Shown here: piece by piece, positions 20,993-64,000 of the stretch
Numbering within the stretch: the stretch's first letter is position 1
Layout: every line of letters begins with the position of its first letter
Origin: the human T2T-CHM13v2.0 reference genome, Homo sapiens
Direction: 5' to 3' (one strand)
DNA length: 64,000 nt
NCBI RefSeq assembly: GCF_009914755.1
Contig: NC_060938.1
Position numbers and translations under genes: made by a program
Notes under the pieces: generated by a model
What the model was told of the DNA's origin: nothing
Database searches by the model: none
What the model saw: the letters and a program-made list of their open reading frames with translations, nothing else

Positions 20993-21337
20993 AAATTTAA
21001 GTTTTTGAAATAGTTCTTCCCGTGTTATACTATTGTTGACTACCTAAAGGTAATTAAGACATTACTTGTATTTTTATATTTAAAATCCTTTGTCATTTGA
21101 GACTATCAATCAATGTGTTATTGAATAAATCCACTTGGAACTTCATTACATTTAGGTTAAGTACATTACACGGCAGTGCAAGTCTCATATTGTTTATTGA
21201 ATATTGATATATTTTCTAATATAAGCCTAGGATTCACATATTATATATCATATTCATATATTAACTAATATATCAACATATTTTCTAATATATTTATATC
21301 ATATTTATGAAGCAAGGATGAATTTACAAAGAATTTA

Positions 21338-21604
<267 letters not shown>

Positions 21605-21731
21605 TCATGGCTTAGAAAAGTTTCTTCACCTCACTTAGAAAACAAGATAATTATGAGTAGCCAGAATTTTAGCTTAAATATGACTTAATATTATGGCTAT
21701 TAGGAGGTAGTAAGAGTAAATTAAAACTTAC

Positions 21732-21851
21732 TTTTCAAACCAGAGGGTGAGATTTGTGGTATGGCGAATCATTTTTAATAAATTTGGAGAATTTATTTCT
21801 TTATCTTCTTTGGTCCACACACTCCCTACAAGTTCAGACGGTTGAACTTTC
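21732..21851 (-). CDS. SOS2: SOS2 exon ~15 (120 nt, phase 2-2), CDC25 domain: [40 protein letters not shown]
   Basis: Acceptor TTCCATAG|GAA, donor AAA|GTAAGT; hand translation. Confidence 0.96.
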
Positions 21852-21879
21852 CTATGGAATTGAAAATCAGTGCAACTTA

Positions 21880-24786
<2,907 letters not shown>

Positions 24787-25156
24787 TTACATTGTGAGAA
24801 AAAACATGATGCAGTACTATTTGCTTTTTTTACCTCAAGTAACAAGTCCCTTCATTTCTACGTATCACAAATCCCACAACATAAACAAAGCTACCTGGAT
24901 TCTAAATTACTTAAAATATAACATAACATTTTGAGTCAGATGTTGACAACTTCTGGTGGGTGTGCTAAAAGTCTGGTTCTGAATGGCATGGCCAGTGCAA
25001 ACTAGGCAAATTCTAAAGAACATAAAGTAAACATAATGTAGTAAAGGTACCTTACTATATTACCTATTAGCACTAAATTTTATATATTCTTGCTTTTCCC
25101 TGTGTAATCTTTATTTAAAAATTGGCTGCTAATCAGGATAACTCCATGAAAATATT

Positions 25157-25790
25157 TTTATTTTAGAGATAGGGTCTCACTCTGTCACTCAAGCTGGAGT
25201 GCGGTGGCACAATCTTGGCTCACTGCAGCCTCGACCTTAAGTGACCTTCCCACCTCAGCCTCCTGGGCAACTGGGACTACAGGGGCACTACAGGCACGAG
25301 CCACCATGCCTGGCTATTTTTTGTAGTTTTTGTATGACGGAGTTTGCCATGTTGCTCAGGCTGGTCTTGAACTCCTGGTCTCAAGCGATCTGCCCACCTT
25401 GGCCTCCTAAGTGCTGGGATTACAGGCATGAGCCATCATACCCAGCCAAGCACATTTATATTTTAAATTGAGGCTTCTATACTACTCACAATAGCTATGA
25501 TATGGAATCAACAGATTAATGAATAAAGAAAATGTGGTATATATACACAGTGGAACACTATTCGGCCATAAAAAAAGAATGAAAGCCTGTCGTTCAAGGC
25601 AACATGGATGAGCCCGGAGGACCTTATGTTAAGCAAAATAAATCAGACACAGAAAGAAAAATATAACATGTTCCCACTCATATATGAAAACTAAAAAAAA
25701 AATGAACTCATGGAAGTAGAGAGTAGAACTGCAGGTATTAGTGGCTGGGAAGGACTGGGAGGAGGGGAAAACAGAGAGGTTGGTGTAGAA
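25157..25790. mobile_element. AluJ (25157-25448, -) and L1MA/PB 3' fragment (~25480-25790, +)
   Basis: gaataaagaaaatgtggtatatatacacagtggaacactattcggccataaaaaaagaatgaa is L1 ORF2 end/3'UTR-like. Confidence 0.85.
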
Positions 25791-26259
25791 AAAGTTTTTG
25801 ATGGAATGATAATGATAGTGACATTTTTCGACAGAGAGCTGTTACATGCAAGGCCTGTACCCTTCGCAACAGCCTGAGCTGTAAATGAGAAAAGAAAACC
25901 CATCTCACACAATATTCTATTCACTTAGCTGCTAAGGGCCTAGCATCCATACTAACTGACTTGACTGACTGACCTCAAACTAAACCAAGGTGAGAAGGTA
26001 TTAGGAGTTGAAGAGGGGTGGTGGACTTGAAAATCTTCCTGCCATTCCTCTTGTAATGGATTGCTAGTCCCCAGTCTAGACATAAGACTTTTACTTGCAG
26101 GGCAGACTAGTTAAAAACTGTGCTATGACCTTTCCTCTAAGCCCATGAGAGTAGATGAGGTATTTTTAAGCACTCATGAATAATGTGCAAAATGTTTTGA
26201 AAATAGGTAATGTTCAAGATTCTTAAAAATAAAGCAAGACATTAACATTAATTGTCTAC

Positions 26260-26482
26260 CTGTAAAGATCAGACTCCAAAAGTGTCAGCTGACGTGCAAT
26301 TTCTATTGGATGAAGTGTCATGAGATCAAATGTTTCAAACTGTCCTGGTTTGCTGATATGCCATTCAATTGGTGGAGGTGGACTTTCAAAGGTAATATTA
26401 TGGCTTACTCCATTTGCCTGAGCTTGCTTCTTCCTCCTGATGATCTTAGCAATTGACTCTACCCATTTTTTCATAGCTTTCC
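26260..26482 (-). CDS. SOS2: SOS2 exon ~14 (223 nt), REM-CDC25 junction: [15 protein letters not shown]...[19 protein letters not shown]
   Basis: Acceptor TTTTCCAG|GGA, donor CAG|GTAGAC; ORF 26256..26537. Confidence 0.97.
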
Positions 26483-26539
26483 CTGGAAAAAGAACACATA
26501 AAGAAAAATGTCTTTTACTTGACAGACATGACTGCAAAT

Positions 26540-28275
<1,736 letters not shown>

Positions 28276-28923
28276 TAGAATACAACTTGAAAATGTAGTA
28301 TTATGACAATTTCAAGGCACACATAAAAATGTATCATAAACATCTCAAAGTAGAAACAAAGGAATAACATTCTTAACTTTAAATAATATTCCCCTTAAAG
28401 AACAAGTAGAACACGAAATAAGTTACACTTGTTATAGTATTTGTAATGCCCTATAATGTCAGATAAAACATAAATGTTCTTGATTCAATAATATACATTT
28501 GATGACACATTTGTTTAAATGTTCATGGCCTAGGGTTTCATTTCTTGGGCTATGATTCTGAAACTTAAAGTAGAAAACTCCTCTCTTTCAGATTTCAGAA
28601 ATATACCAAAAACATTTCCAGAAGATGTAAATATTATAAGAAAGCTGTTAATCATTAAAAGAATAAGATTAAAGAAAGAAAACATAAAATTACACATATT
28701 TTTATTCAGTTGAAGAAATGGCAACCTTGCAATGAGATAAAATTAAATAGCTTAAATTTATTAAAAAGAACTTTCGACTTCTTTAAAAGAAATATTCTCC
28801 TCAAAAACTTGAAAAGGCAAAGTTCTGAGACCTCAGATGATTGGTCTAAACATATGTGAGTTTCTTGCTGTCTATAAAAAACATTCCAAATGTTATTTCA
28901 GCTTTTTAAAAATGAAAAATGCT

Positions 28924-30229
<1,306 letters not shown>

Positions 30230-30369
30230 TAGAACTGTTTTGTTTTACAGTATCACAAAAATGATTACCTATAACCTTGCAAAGAGAGATTTAATCAACT
30301 ATGCAAATGGAAAGGAAAGGAAAGACAAGGGGAGAGGGAAGAGGAGGGAAATGGAAGAGGAAGAAGGGA

Positions 30370-31470
30370 AAAGGAAAGGGAAGGAAGGAAACTAGTAGGC
30401 AAGCCATGGAAAGAAAATATTTGCAAAATGTTTATCTGACAAAGGACTGGCATTCAGTCCTACCCAATTTACTCCTACAACTCAGTAATAAAGAGACAAG
30501 TATCTCAACAAAAATTAGAGGATTTGAACAGATTCTCCACAAAATAAGTATGAATGAAATACCACTACATCCAGCAGTATGGCTAAGGCACAAAGACTGA
30601 CATTACTAAACACTGGTGAGAATATGAAGCAACTTGAACATTGTTGGTGAGAATGTTTTGGAAGTTTTGGCAGTTTCTTTCAAAACTAAACATACACATA
30701 CCTTCTGACCCAGCCACTCCACTCTGAGTTGTTTACCCAAGAAAAGTGAAAAATATTCACAGTAAGACAGGTAAGATAAAGTTCATAGCGGCTTTATTCA
30801 TAATAATAAAAAACGAGAAAAAGCCCATGTATCTTTCAATGGGAAAAATGAATAAACTGGTATATTCATATAATAAAACACAACCTCGCAATAAAATAAG
30901 CCATTGATACAAATTCAAAAGCATGTTGAGTGAAAGAAGACACAAAATTGAGTTTTTAAGAATGCATTTATTAAGACTCTAAAACAGGTAAAACTAATCT
31001 ATGGAGGGAGAAATTGGAACACTGCCTTTGGGCAGTGGGAACAAAAACTGATGAGAAGGAACATAAGGGAACTTTCTGGGGTGTAGTAACATTTGATATC
31101 TTGAAAGGCGTTTGGATTATGGAGATACATGTATTTGTTAAAACTCAACAAAAGTACACTTAAGATGTGTGTATCTTCTGTCTTCAGTGGCAGCAAGAAA
31201 AAAATGTATTTAATTATATGCACATTTTAGAACAAAAGAAAAACAAACACTGAACTGTTAATGACATACAAGTTGAAGTATTTAAGGAGTGTACTTCAAA
31301 ATTCATACAAAAAAATGAACTGATAGATGAATGATAAATGAACACATAAATGAATAGATATGAATAGATGAATACATATCTAGGTGGTGGGTTTATGGGT
31401 GTTCATTGTAAAATTCTCAGTTTTGCTGTATGTTAAAATTTTTCATAATAAAATGTTAGAAAAATTACTA
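30370..31470 (+). mobile_element. L1ME 3' fragment
   Basis: gaaaatatttgcaaaatgtttatctgacaaaggactgg; cccagccactccactctgag; ttcatagcggctttattcataata. Confidence 0.75.
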
Positions 31471-32503
31471 CCACCCATTTTACTAGAAATCTTTCAATAT
31501 TTATATAACAGGTTTAATAACTTGGCTTGGATTTCACAGTTTTCCACTCCATCCAATTCCATACAGGTAATCTCATCTACTACTTGCAATACAATGCCTA
31601 CATTCCTCTCAGGTCAATGTCCTTATCTGTGTCCTCAGCACACCATTCTCATTTCTGCCTTCTTGTCTTTGTTCATACTATTTCTCATGACCCTGAATAC
31701 CTACAGTCACCTTTCTACCTATCTAAAGCCTATACATCCTTTAGGGGCAGTCTCAGATTTTACCTTCTCCAAGATGCCTTCCCTAATTACTCTGGCCTAA
31801 TCTTTGCTATTCCTGAAATTGTATAGGGATGTATTTTTCTAAGTCACTTAAGCACTCCAAGTAGAACAATATATAACTGTTTCATGTGTCTTTTTCCCCC
31901 AGTAAAGTCCCCAAGAAAGCCACAATATCATGACAGTCTATGTTATTTTTGTACTTAGCATAGTTATAAGTACAGGACTGAGAACACAGCAAATGCTTAG
32001 AAATACATAAAGAGCTTATATGACTGAGAAACGAAGATTATACTCCCACCCCCTACCCCACCCAATAGCAACCTCATAAATGTATGTGTCATATCAAGGG
32101 ATTTAATGTGATTGTAGATAAGTACAAATGCATCACAGCTAGTAGAAAAGAATTACTTATTTATTGCTGATACATAAATAATCTCATCTTCTTATACAAA
32201 GAATGACGTTAAAAGTTTTAGTGAAAGACATATAGCTGGGAGCACTATCATTCTTCTAAAACTGCATTTGTTTGTGGCAATTATCCTGGGAAATAAATAA
32301 CTAATATACTCAGTTCCAAAATTACAATTTATTGGTCAACAGTAATCAAGGAAACTTGAAATTTAGAGAGAAAAAAAATTTAAATTACATATAATTAATA
32401 AGATAACTTGGTTTCCAATGGAAGGAGGAAGATAATACTTTGGTTACTTGGACAGTAAAGAGGGCTAAGAGAAGGCGCTTCCAATTTTCAATGCTTAGTG
32501 GTA

Positions 32504-32506
<3 letters not shown>

Positions 32507-32534
<28 letters not shown>
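32507..32534 (+). repeat. (AC)14 microsatellite
   Basis: Read directly. Confidence 0.95.
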
Positions 32535-32537
<3 letters not shown>

Positions 32538-33166
32538 AAGAAAGTCAGACATGAGTCTGAATCTTGTCCTGCCACTCCCTTTACATAACTTAGCTCAAAT
32601 TACTTCACCTTGCTAGGTTTCAATTTCCTTATATATAAAGTAGGAATAGTAATCATGTTGTAAGAATGAGATAAAAAAGATAAAGCATTTAGGGTAATCC
32701 CCGGCACACAGTAGTATTTATTAACTGGAAGCTTCTACAATCAAACACATTTTTAGAAATTATTGCAATTAAACTAACAAATGTCTATATATTTTGTGAG
32801 AGATAAGTGGGAAAAGGGCTAGAACTTCCACAAATATTATAAATTGTAAAAAAAGCCAGGATTACTGTATGATCGCAAAGGGAAATGAAGGAAAAAAGTG
32901 TGAAAAAAGGTTGACAGCAGGAAAGCTCACATGAAATTTTATAATTTTTACTTACAATAAAAAATAGGTATCCTGATACGTAAGCATAACATATCACATG
33001 CCAGAGATATGTGATGCAAACATAGGATATTTAAATATTTGAATTTCTTCAGGGTATTTAAGAATAGCTTCACTGAGAAAGAACTCTTTTAGTTTAACTT
33101 AACTGCTGTGAAGTTAAAAATATTCCCTATATTTGAATTAAAAGCTGAGAGCTTTTGTGTTAACTA

Positions 33167-33406
<240 letters not shown>

Positions 33407-34816
33407 TCATACATAATGAAAATACAAGGAGGAAAACAGCAAGCAACCTTCTTTCCTACCACTTCCACGAAAAGTGGATTACTGTTAAACTTCCCTTGAG
33501 GTATGATATACTACAAAAAACTGTCCTTTGGCTATACAAAACTGACGTTTTGTATTCTTACTTTTATAAAAACTAAAGTTTTGTCTTTTAGCACTGATAA
33601 TACAGAAAAGGTCCAGGGAAAAGAGCCAAGGAAAGAATTCATAAGGAATTTAAAGAACATGACAGAAATTGCTTATCTAACAATGTCTTTAATATTTATA
33701 TTATTAAAATGAAAGTAGGCTAATAAATTTATTTAAATGAGTACAAATTCAAAGAGAGGGCCAAAACCGAATATTTAACAATATTTAAATAATTTACCTA
33801 AGTGGATAAGATAAAGATAAAAAACCTTGCTCAAACATAGGAAATACAGCTAAACTATAAGTCTAACGTGTGCTTTCCTTATTCTGGACATGGAAACAAC
33901 TAAGTAGATCCTCATAGCACATTACACTGACTCAGTCTGGTAAATTTAGTTTGATAAAACAACATAGTGATAGAGATCTAGAATTATATCTTGATAATAC
34001 AGTTAATAAGCTTTGGTATAATAATAAGTTTTAGTAAGTTTTAAAACGTAAAACTAAAAATCATTCTGGAGTCCAGATTCTACATTTTAAACTATAAAAC
34101 ATTTAAAATGCCACTATAATACTAGGTAAAACAAATTCAACCCAACACTAATTTTTAAAAGTTAATCATAATAAAGGAATTGCTGATTTTTTAGGTTTAG
34201 TAATGATATCTGATTATTAAAAATGATCCCGTATTTTCTAGAGATACATAGAAAAATATTTATAGATGAATTATGTTGTCTAGGATCTACTTCAAAATAA
34301 TCATGGGGTGGGGTGTTTAAATTTGTAGGGAAACAGATGAAACAATGAGTTGATAATTACTGAAGGTGGTTGATGAATAAATGGGTTTATTATATTCTTG
34401 TATCTGCTCTTGTATGTGTTTTGAAAGTTTTCATAACAAGTTTGTTTTAAAAGTGGAAAGTATTTGGCAAAGTAGTCTACGGTCCAAAAAAAAAAATAGT
34501 GGTAAGTAGAAAAGTCTCTTTTAAGAAAATATCATTTTATTACACAGAACAATATTCATTAAAATATAGTGCTTTCATCCTCTAAATTAGTCTTTCTGAT
34601 TACCACTTGAAATATTTCTAAGAGCTGAAAAGATCTGTGTTTATAAACAGATTTTAGGGAGTACTCCATTTGAAGAGAATAGTAATACTGCCAATTTAAT
34701 GCCAAATAAAATATGTTCAATAATTAACTTGAGTATTTATTAGGTACTAGGCACTTTACAAAATACAGTTAATTTTTCACAAAATGTCAATATAACTGAA
34801 ATACATATTTTTCTTA

Positions 34817-35008
<192 letters not shown>

Positions 35009-35155
35009 TCAGATTGTGGCTTTTCCTAACAATCATGGTACTGGCAGGATACCATGGTATCCCTGCCATACATAGAGAAATACTGACATAGAGAATATAC
35101 TATGGTATATCCTTAATAAGCGAGGATTGTTTTCAAATTTGAAATTCATGAATAT

Positions 35156-35486
<331 letters not shown>

Positions 35487-35678
35487 TCAATAATTAATGA
35501 AGTTAACAATATTACATTTTTAGACCTTTAATTCCTTCTCTTATTTATTCCTTTTGTTTTTGCAGTATTTTTATATTTTGGAGGCAATCCATTTTTTCCC
35601 CAAGCCTCAAATATTTTTGAGCATCCTTAAAAAGCTTTTGGGTCCCAGGCCCTAGGTCAGCAGTTGTAATGAGTTTCA

Positions 35679-36362
<684 letters not shown>

Positions 36363-36602
36363 TTATTCAATAGCTAGCAACCCAAATGGTTTCAAGCATA
36401 AACCATCTCAAATCAAGTGAGTAAAATATTAAATAACCAAACAGTAGCTTTTACGCACAGCATTTAGTTCTAACTTTGCCACTAAATAATACAGCCCTCA
36501 ATTTCATTATTATGAAAGAGAAGTACTACTGGCTCTATAAGAACTAAAATTACAAAAAATCCTAAATTTCTTTCATAGATTATATTTTTAAACATTTATT
36601 AA

Positions 36603-37553
<951 letters not shown>

Positions 37554-37725
37554 GGAAAGGAAAAGGAAAAAAGAGAGTAAAAGACCAACATAAAAGTATA
37601 TAAAAGTATGACAAGCACAACTTTCAATAATGTAACTATCACAATAAATCACACTTCTTTGAAAACCAGGCATCAGAGACAGCGAAGTAAGCAGAGGCAT
37701 TCACGTTTTCAACACTTTGGAATTA

Positions 37726-37854
<129 letters not shown>

Positions 37855-38023
37855 CTAAGAAAAAACAGAAAGAAAAATCAAAACTGCATTGTTTGATTCT
37901 TCCCCCAACTTTCTAGTAATAGAAAAAGCAGCAACAAATATTATCAACTCTAAGTTAATTTTATATATACTTAATAAAAACAGCTATAATTTTATATATA
38001 CCTACTGACCTCTCAAACCAACC

Positions 38024-49974
<11,951 letters not shown>

Positions 49975-50589
49975 AGTAGTCAGCTTTTATCCACAAATAG
50001 ATGAGCAACTTCATTGTGTAAGTCTCCATGGATACTAGTGGATCCATAAAGAACTCATCAAAAGATATGCAGGCTTCATATGAATAATATATAAGCATAT
50101 ATTTGGATGCCTTAATTTTTAAAAATAAGGTTCATGTCTTATTAGAGGTCCTATCATTAGTCTTAGAGTTGCCCTCTAATACTGGCCAACATTTAAAAAT
50201 GCTGGTTTGACCATATAATTTAAAAAAATTTTTCCCCTACCTAGATGATTGCTTTTTAAAAATCCTTGCTACTAGGTCTGCATTTAAGATCAGGTCATTG
50301 ACTATAATGGCCTGACTCATCCTAAGCCACAGCTACTTTTGCCACCAATTAATCACTAGCCTCCAAACCCTCTTAGCCAATGTGACCAGGACTAGTGGTT
50401 GGCTAGTTAATTAAAATAGAGAAGAGAGTCATTTTTTTTAAGTTATATATTTTTAATGTGTTGCTTGGGTCCCAGCTAAGAGAGGAAGAATACAACACTG
50501 CACAGAAAAAAATATTAACTTCAAAAGTTATTTCCTTTATAAGATAACAAGATAGAAATTTAGAGCAATGTTACATATAAAAATTATTA

Positions 50590-50817
<228 letters not shown>

Positions 50818-52224
50818 TCACAGTATGTATGTCTCTGACATCAAGGATATGCAACAGCAGTGCCTAACAGAAACGGCTACTAAAAATTTGAGATACAGAC
50901 TTATCAAAACTACAACAGAATGCATATTCTATATTGAAACTGAAGTGCTATCAAGTTGTTCTTTTCTCCCTTTCCTCCTTTAAGTTATTAGAGAAATATA
51001 TACATTAATTTTCTTTTATGTGGCTAAAATAGCTTTCACAATAATCCTCTACAGCTTATGTTCTGGCTTCCATATACCCTAAAGGAATTCTGAAAAGCTA
51101 TGTACTCTCCTGCACAATTTTAAAATGTTTTAAATTTAAATAGTTACAAAAGATGCATTTCAGGGAATGCTGTATACTGTAAATGTGATTTATAACTATT
51201 TCACCAAACAATAATTGAATAACTTTCAGATTTAGCTCATTTATGAAAAACGTCTGTCATACAACTTAATTGACAAAGTCGATCTTCACTGTCAAAATAA
51301 ACAGCAACATCAGACTCAGTTTGTCAGAAGTCAAACTTTATTGTTAAATTCAAACAAACATTATTAATGTCATGGTCTCAAGGATTAGAAGCCTCTGGAG
51401 GAAACTACAACTGCTTCTGACATATTACATCAAGGTATGAGAACTTTACAAGCTTCTCCTCTTCTTTATCCCAAATGATGATGAAGTACTTACAATAAGG
51501 TTAACATAAATCTTTGTGATAACCATATCACTTCTTAATTCTTAGACAGATAGATATGACATAACATAGATAGATGACATTTTGGCTACCAAGAATTTTT
51601 ACTATCATCCCCCTATAACATTCTTTTGTGAACTCTTTTGCTTGGTACTCAGTGAACTCTCCAATAGGAGTAATACTTTTTTTTTTTTTTTTTTTTTTCC
51701 TGTTTGGTGCCCTAGAGGTTTTTACATCTTGGATCAATGCATAATGGGAAATACATAACAGCAAAAGGTAACAAGTAAGAGACTTTGGAAAAGACAATGC
51801 AAAAAACATAAACAAGATCTCCGAAGACTAGAAACAGATTCCCTTAAAGCTCTCTGTGCCTTTATATATCCTGAAAAATCTTAGTGTATAGCTTGGGATA
51901 GGTATACCCCAGTTTTGGAAACTACTGTAGAATAAATGGTTTTCTAAAATTTATAATGGATTTAACTCATGTTAATTTTAAATGTCTATATAGTTCACTT
52001 ACTAGTATTTCTCCCCATAAGAAAAACACCAACCACACCAATATAAAATGTGAGAAAGAATCTGATATGCTGCTTTAAAAAAATCTTCATAAATATTACC
52101 ATAATTTTCACATTTTGTTAAATTATAATCTTTTCAACAGACTTATTACCCAGTAACCAAACTTCTTACTAGGATACACAAAAAGTGCCACCAATTTTCC
52201 TAAAGATTAATTCATTTTCACATT

Positions 52225-52600
52225 TGTTATGATCTGAATGTTTGTGTTCCCTCAAAAGTCATATATTGAAACCTAATCCCCAATGCAACAGTATTAAGAG
52301 ATGGGGCCTTTAGGAGGTGATTGGATATGAGGGCAGAGCCCCTGTGAACGGGGTTAGTGCCCTTATAAAAGGGGCCTAAGGGAGCTTGTTTGTGCTATCC
52401 ATCATGTGAGGACACAACAAGAAAGCACCATCTATGAACCAGAAGAGCAAACCCTCACTAGGGCACCAAACTAGACACCAAATCTGTTAGCCTCTTGATA
52501 TGGGACTTCCTAAATGTGAACTGTGAGAAATAAATTTCTATTGTTTATAAGCCATCCAGTTTATGATATTTTATTAGAGCAGCCTGAATAGACTAAGACA
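52225..52600 (+). mobile_element. MaLR solo LTR (MLT1A/MST-like)
   Basis: TG...CA ends: tgttatgatctgaatgtttgtgttccctcaaaa...gcagcctgaatagactaagaca; aactgtgagaaataaatttct. Confidence 0.88.
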
Positions 52601-52789
52601 GTATTAAACTAATTAATATAGTGAATTATTCTGGATATTTTATATACAGTGCTTGAACTGGAACCAATATGAAACTTCAAAATTAGTCTACAAGATCAAC
52701 TGTTTTGCTTATTTGTACTAAAATGCCTGATAAAGTGCATTCTAAAATTTTTGTAGCATGTATTTACAGTGTAAGGAGTCCTCTGATAA

Positions 52790-53603
<814 letters not shown>

Positions 53604-54366
53604 CTAAAGATGCTTTTTGTTTTTAGTTTTATTAAGGAAGCATTATTTTATCTTAAACTGAATGAATTTTTTTTTAAGTTAAAACAATTGAGTTTGGCCC
53701 GAAAAAGGATTTCATCTAACTCTTCCAATTTCACTGAATATCTAGGATGACAGCTTTATTAATAACTGGGCCCTTTAACATTCAAATTCCACAGCAAAAA
53801 TTCCTAATAAAATAGGACTGAAACAAGAAATGTGTTGAGTGCTTTTAATGAGTATCCAAAGTTCTTATAGACTGTGTATTTAATGCATACTTTATATGAA
53901 TATATGAGTTAACTTTAAAAATATTCCTCTCTTGAAGTAATTTTGAGAATTAAGTATAATTTGTATTCCATGATAACAAATTTTTGACAATAGAGAAGTG
54001 GAAGATAATAAACAATGGGAATTTATAGTACAGAAGGCAGGGAGAAGATGGTAAGTTCAGTTTTAAACATGTCATATTTGAAGTGCGTTTAGGGTATCCA
54101 AGTGCATCAATTCAAGGCAGCTGGTTATATGAAAGTGTATAGATACATACACATATGTACACGGTACACAGTGCTTAAAAGAAAGTGATGGCCTGGAAAT
54201 ACAAATAAGAAGTCACCAGTATATAGACATGAAGTCACCCAAGGAGAGCACAGAACAGAAAAACAGGGGCTGATAACAGAAGTTGGATAATAGCTATAAT
54301 AATTAAGAGACTGAGAAGAAGAAATCAGAGAAGACGAAAATTGGGAACATGTAGTATCACAGGAGC

Positions 54367-55274
<908 letters not shown>

Positions 55275-55602
55275 AGGAACCAAGAGATAAGAGCAGTAAC
55301 AAATACTACAGACATTAAGTATGAAATAAAAATATCCACTGGATTTGGCAATTAAGTTACTTGTCAAAGGCAATTTATATCCTGATTAAAACATACATGG
55401 TAGTGTTTTCATAAAGAATGGTAAAAAATAATATAAAGACAATTGGCTGCAAAGAAAAAATGAGAGAGGAAATGAAAAAACTTTCTTCACTCTAGTTAAT
55501 TATTCTACTAGAGTGAAGAAAGGTTTGTTCATTTGTTTGCTTGTTTGTTTCAGGACTATAAGGATTTTTACCATATTCAAACGTCAAGGGGTAAAAGCCA
55601 GT

Positions 55603-58620
<3,018 letters not shown>

Positions 58621-58655
58621 TCTCTAAGTTTCTTACTACAGCATTTAGGGCTTTA

Positions 58656-59094
<439 letters not shown>

Positions 59095-60071
59095 AATACA
59101 TCATTTAATTTATGGGTGGTACTCGTTTTCTACATGTTTTTAAATTTATGGAATAAACTATAGAATTTCTTTAACTAGCATATCTTTTATTGGGAGCATG
59201 ATTAAAGCTATTATCACTTCTGAACAATTCATATATTATATAAAGCAATATATTTCCATTAAATGTCAACAAGCTATAGCAGAATTTTTGCATTTTGCTC
59301 TTGGGAAAACTCATTCTTTGTAAAAATAAAAGTTATTACATGTGAATGCACTCCCATTATAAAAGATTCAAACACAAGACAGAGAGAGTAAAATATGAAT
59401 GTTTACTTTCATGCCCCCCTTACACCCATGACCCTCAGAGGTAGAAACTATTAATAGTTTAGTATGCATTATTCCAGTATAAAATTCCAACCATTTTCAA
59501 ACATGTACATCTTGATGTTAATATATTAAAAGATGGAATCATACTGTGTATTCTTTTAACTTGGGTTGGAGAGGTCAACGTACTTTGGAAATAAAGAGAC
59601 TTGCTTGTACAAAAAAAAAAAGAAACAATATAAGAGTTAAGGGTATATCTTCATTGAATCTCAAATTAATATATTCCAAGACAGTAAAAATCAATCATGA
59701 ACAGGAAGAGAATTTTAAAAATCTCTTGGATAACAGACAATAAAAATACTACAAAATATAGATTCTAGATAGTTTTGTTAAATCTAAAACCTCCTACTGT
59801 GGATGATTCTAAGCTACTTTTTACATAAAGAATTCTGGCATTTGAGTGTTTTAAAACTGGCTGAGATGCTAAAAGACTTGATCAAGGTCTTACAGAGCCC
59901 TAGGTTTTACTTATAGCTTAGGCTATATAGTCTTATAGATTAATGGTAAGAGCTGGGATGAGAATGAAGATAACTCCTAATCCTGTTACAATCTGGTTTC
60001 ACAATTTAGGGCCCATCTCCTGGATCTGAGAAGGAATTACAGATTTCATCCAAGCTCCCGTCTGTGAATTA

Positions 60072-60400
60072 CAGCCATTCACTGCTTAAAGACGGGTATG
60101 TTCTGAGAAATGCGCTGTTAGGCGATTTTGTCATTGTGCAAATATCACGGCTAGATGATATACTACAACATTTAGGCCATATAGGTATAGCCTGTTGCTC
60201 CTGGGCTACAAACCTGTACAGCATGTTACTGTATGGAATACTGTAGGTAACTGTAACACAATGTTAAGTATTTGTGTATCTAAACATATCTATATAGAGA
60301 AAAGGTACAGTAAAAATATAGTATAATCTTACAGGATTACTGTCATATATATGGGTATTTATAGTCTTATCACTGACTAAAACATCATATGTGGCAGATA
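60072..60400 (-). mobile_element. Tigger3a-like (TcMar-Tigger) non-autonomous DNA transposon
   Basis: TA|cagccatt...ttctgagaaatgcgctgttaggcgattttgtc...gctacaaacctgtacagcatgttactgta...aaaaggtacagtaaaaata; right end degraded. Confidence 0.85.
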
Positions 60401-60568
60401 GCCATATATCTAGGATAAGACAGGTTCAAGCCCTCTGAACACAAACACATCATATGACTGACCATCCCGGTTATGGCCAACTATTATTCACTCTGGCATC
60501 TTATAATGGAAACATCACGGGCTTTGGAACCTGACAGACCTGAGCTTGGATCCTGGCTCCACCACATG

Positions 60569-63873
<3,305 letters not shown>

Positions 63874-64000
63874 AAGACTAATTATTTTTAAAGTGTGGGC
63901 CAAACACATAGACATGGAAAAATAAATCATGTGATAAAAGAAAGAAAAAAAACTTTTTTGTTTGTTAAACATGGCATTCTGCATAAACTTTTATTTTTAA

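Noticed and set aside
31384-31826. Overlapping 138-aa and 99-aa plus-strand ORFs
   Set aside because: They span L1ME/L2 remnants, show no recognisable domain and have no supporting splice or promoter signals

Overview
This is primate (very probably human) genomic DNA: AT-rich, CpG-depleted and Alu-dense. The whole window lies inside SOS2 (Son of sevenless homolog 2, a Ras/Rac guanine-nucleotide exchange factor), transcribed on the minus strand. I mapped 16 consecutive GT-AG coding exons by hand (about exons 6-21 by recalled numbering). They total 2665 nt and splice in frame without a stop, from DIEKIF... (DH domain) through PH, REM and CDC25 to ...APVLLPHS just before the proline-rich tail. 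The gene start and last exons are outside the window. The introns hold roughly 60-70 Alu/FLAM/FRAM copies or fragments (hand estimate), old L1M, L2, MIR and probable HAL1 fragments, several MaLR/ERV LTRs, MER20, Tigger3a, and a full-length decayed Hsmar2 mariner with both TIRs and TA duplications. I found no convincing new gene, RNA gene or novel biological system; almost all supplied ORFs are Alu/L1 read-through. Best second-look items: a candidate poison exon with a perfect 5' splice site in intron 16, a T16-AG-TG-GTAAGT back-to-back splice-site motif in intron 6, the 42-nt exon 21, a weak exon 12 donor followed by CA/UA repeats, the nested MIR>Hsmar2>Alu fossil, a twin-primed inverted L1, and several independent fold-back (template-switch) scars. 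Repeat subfamily names come from recalled consensus sequences, not a database search.
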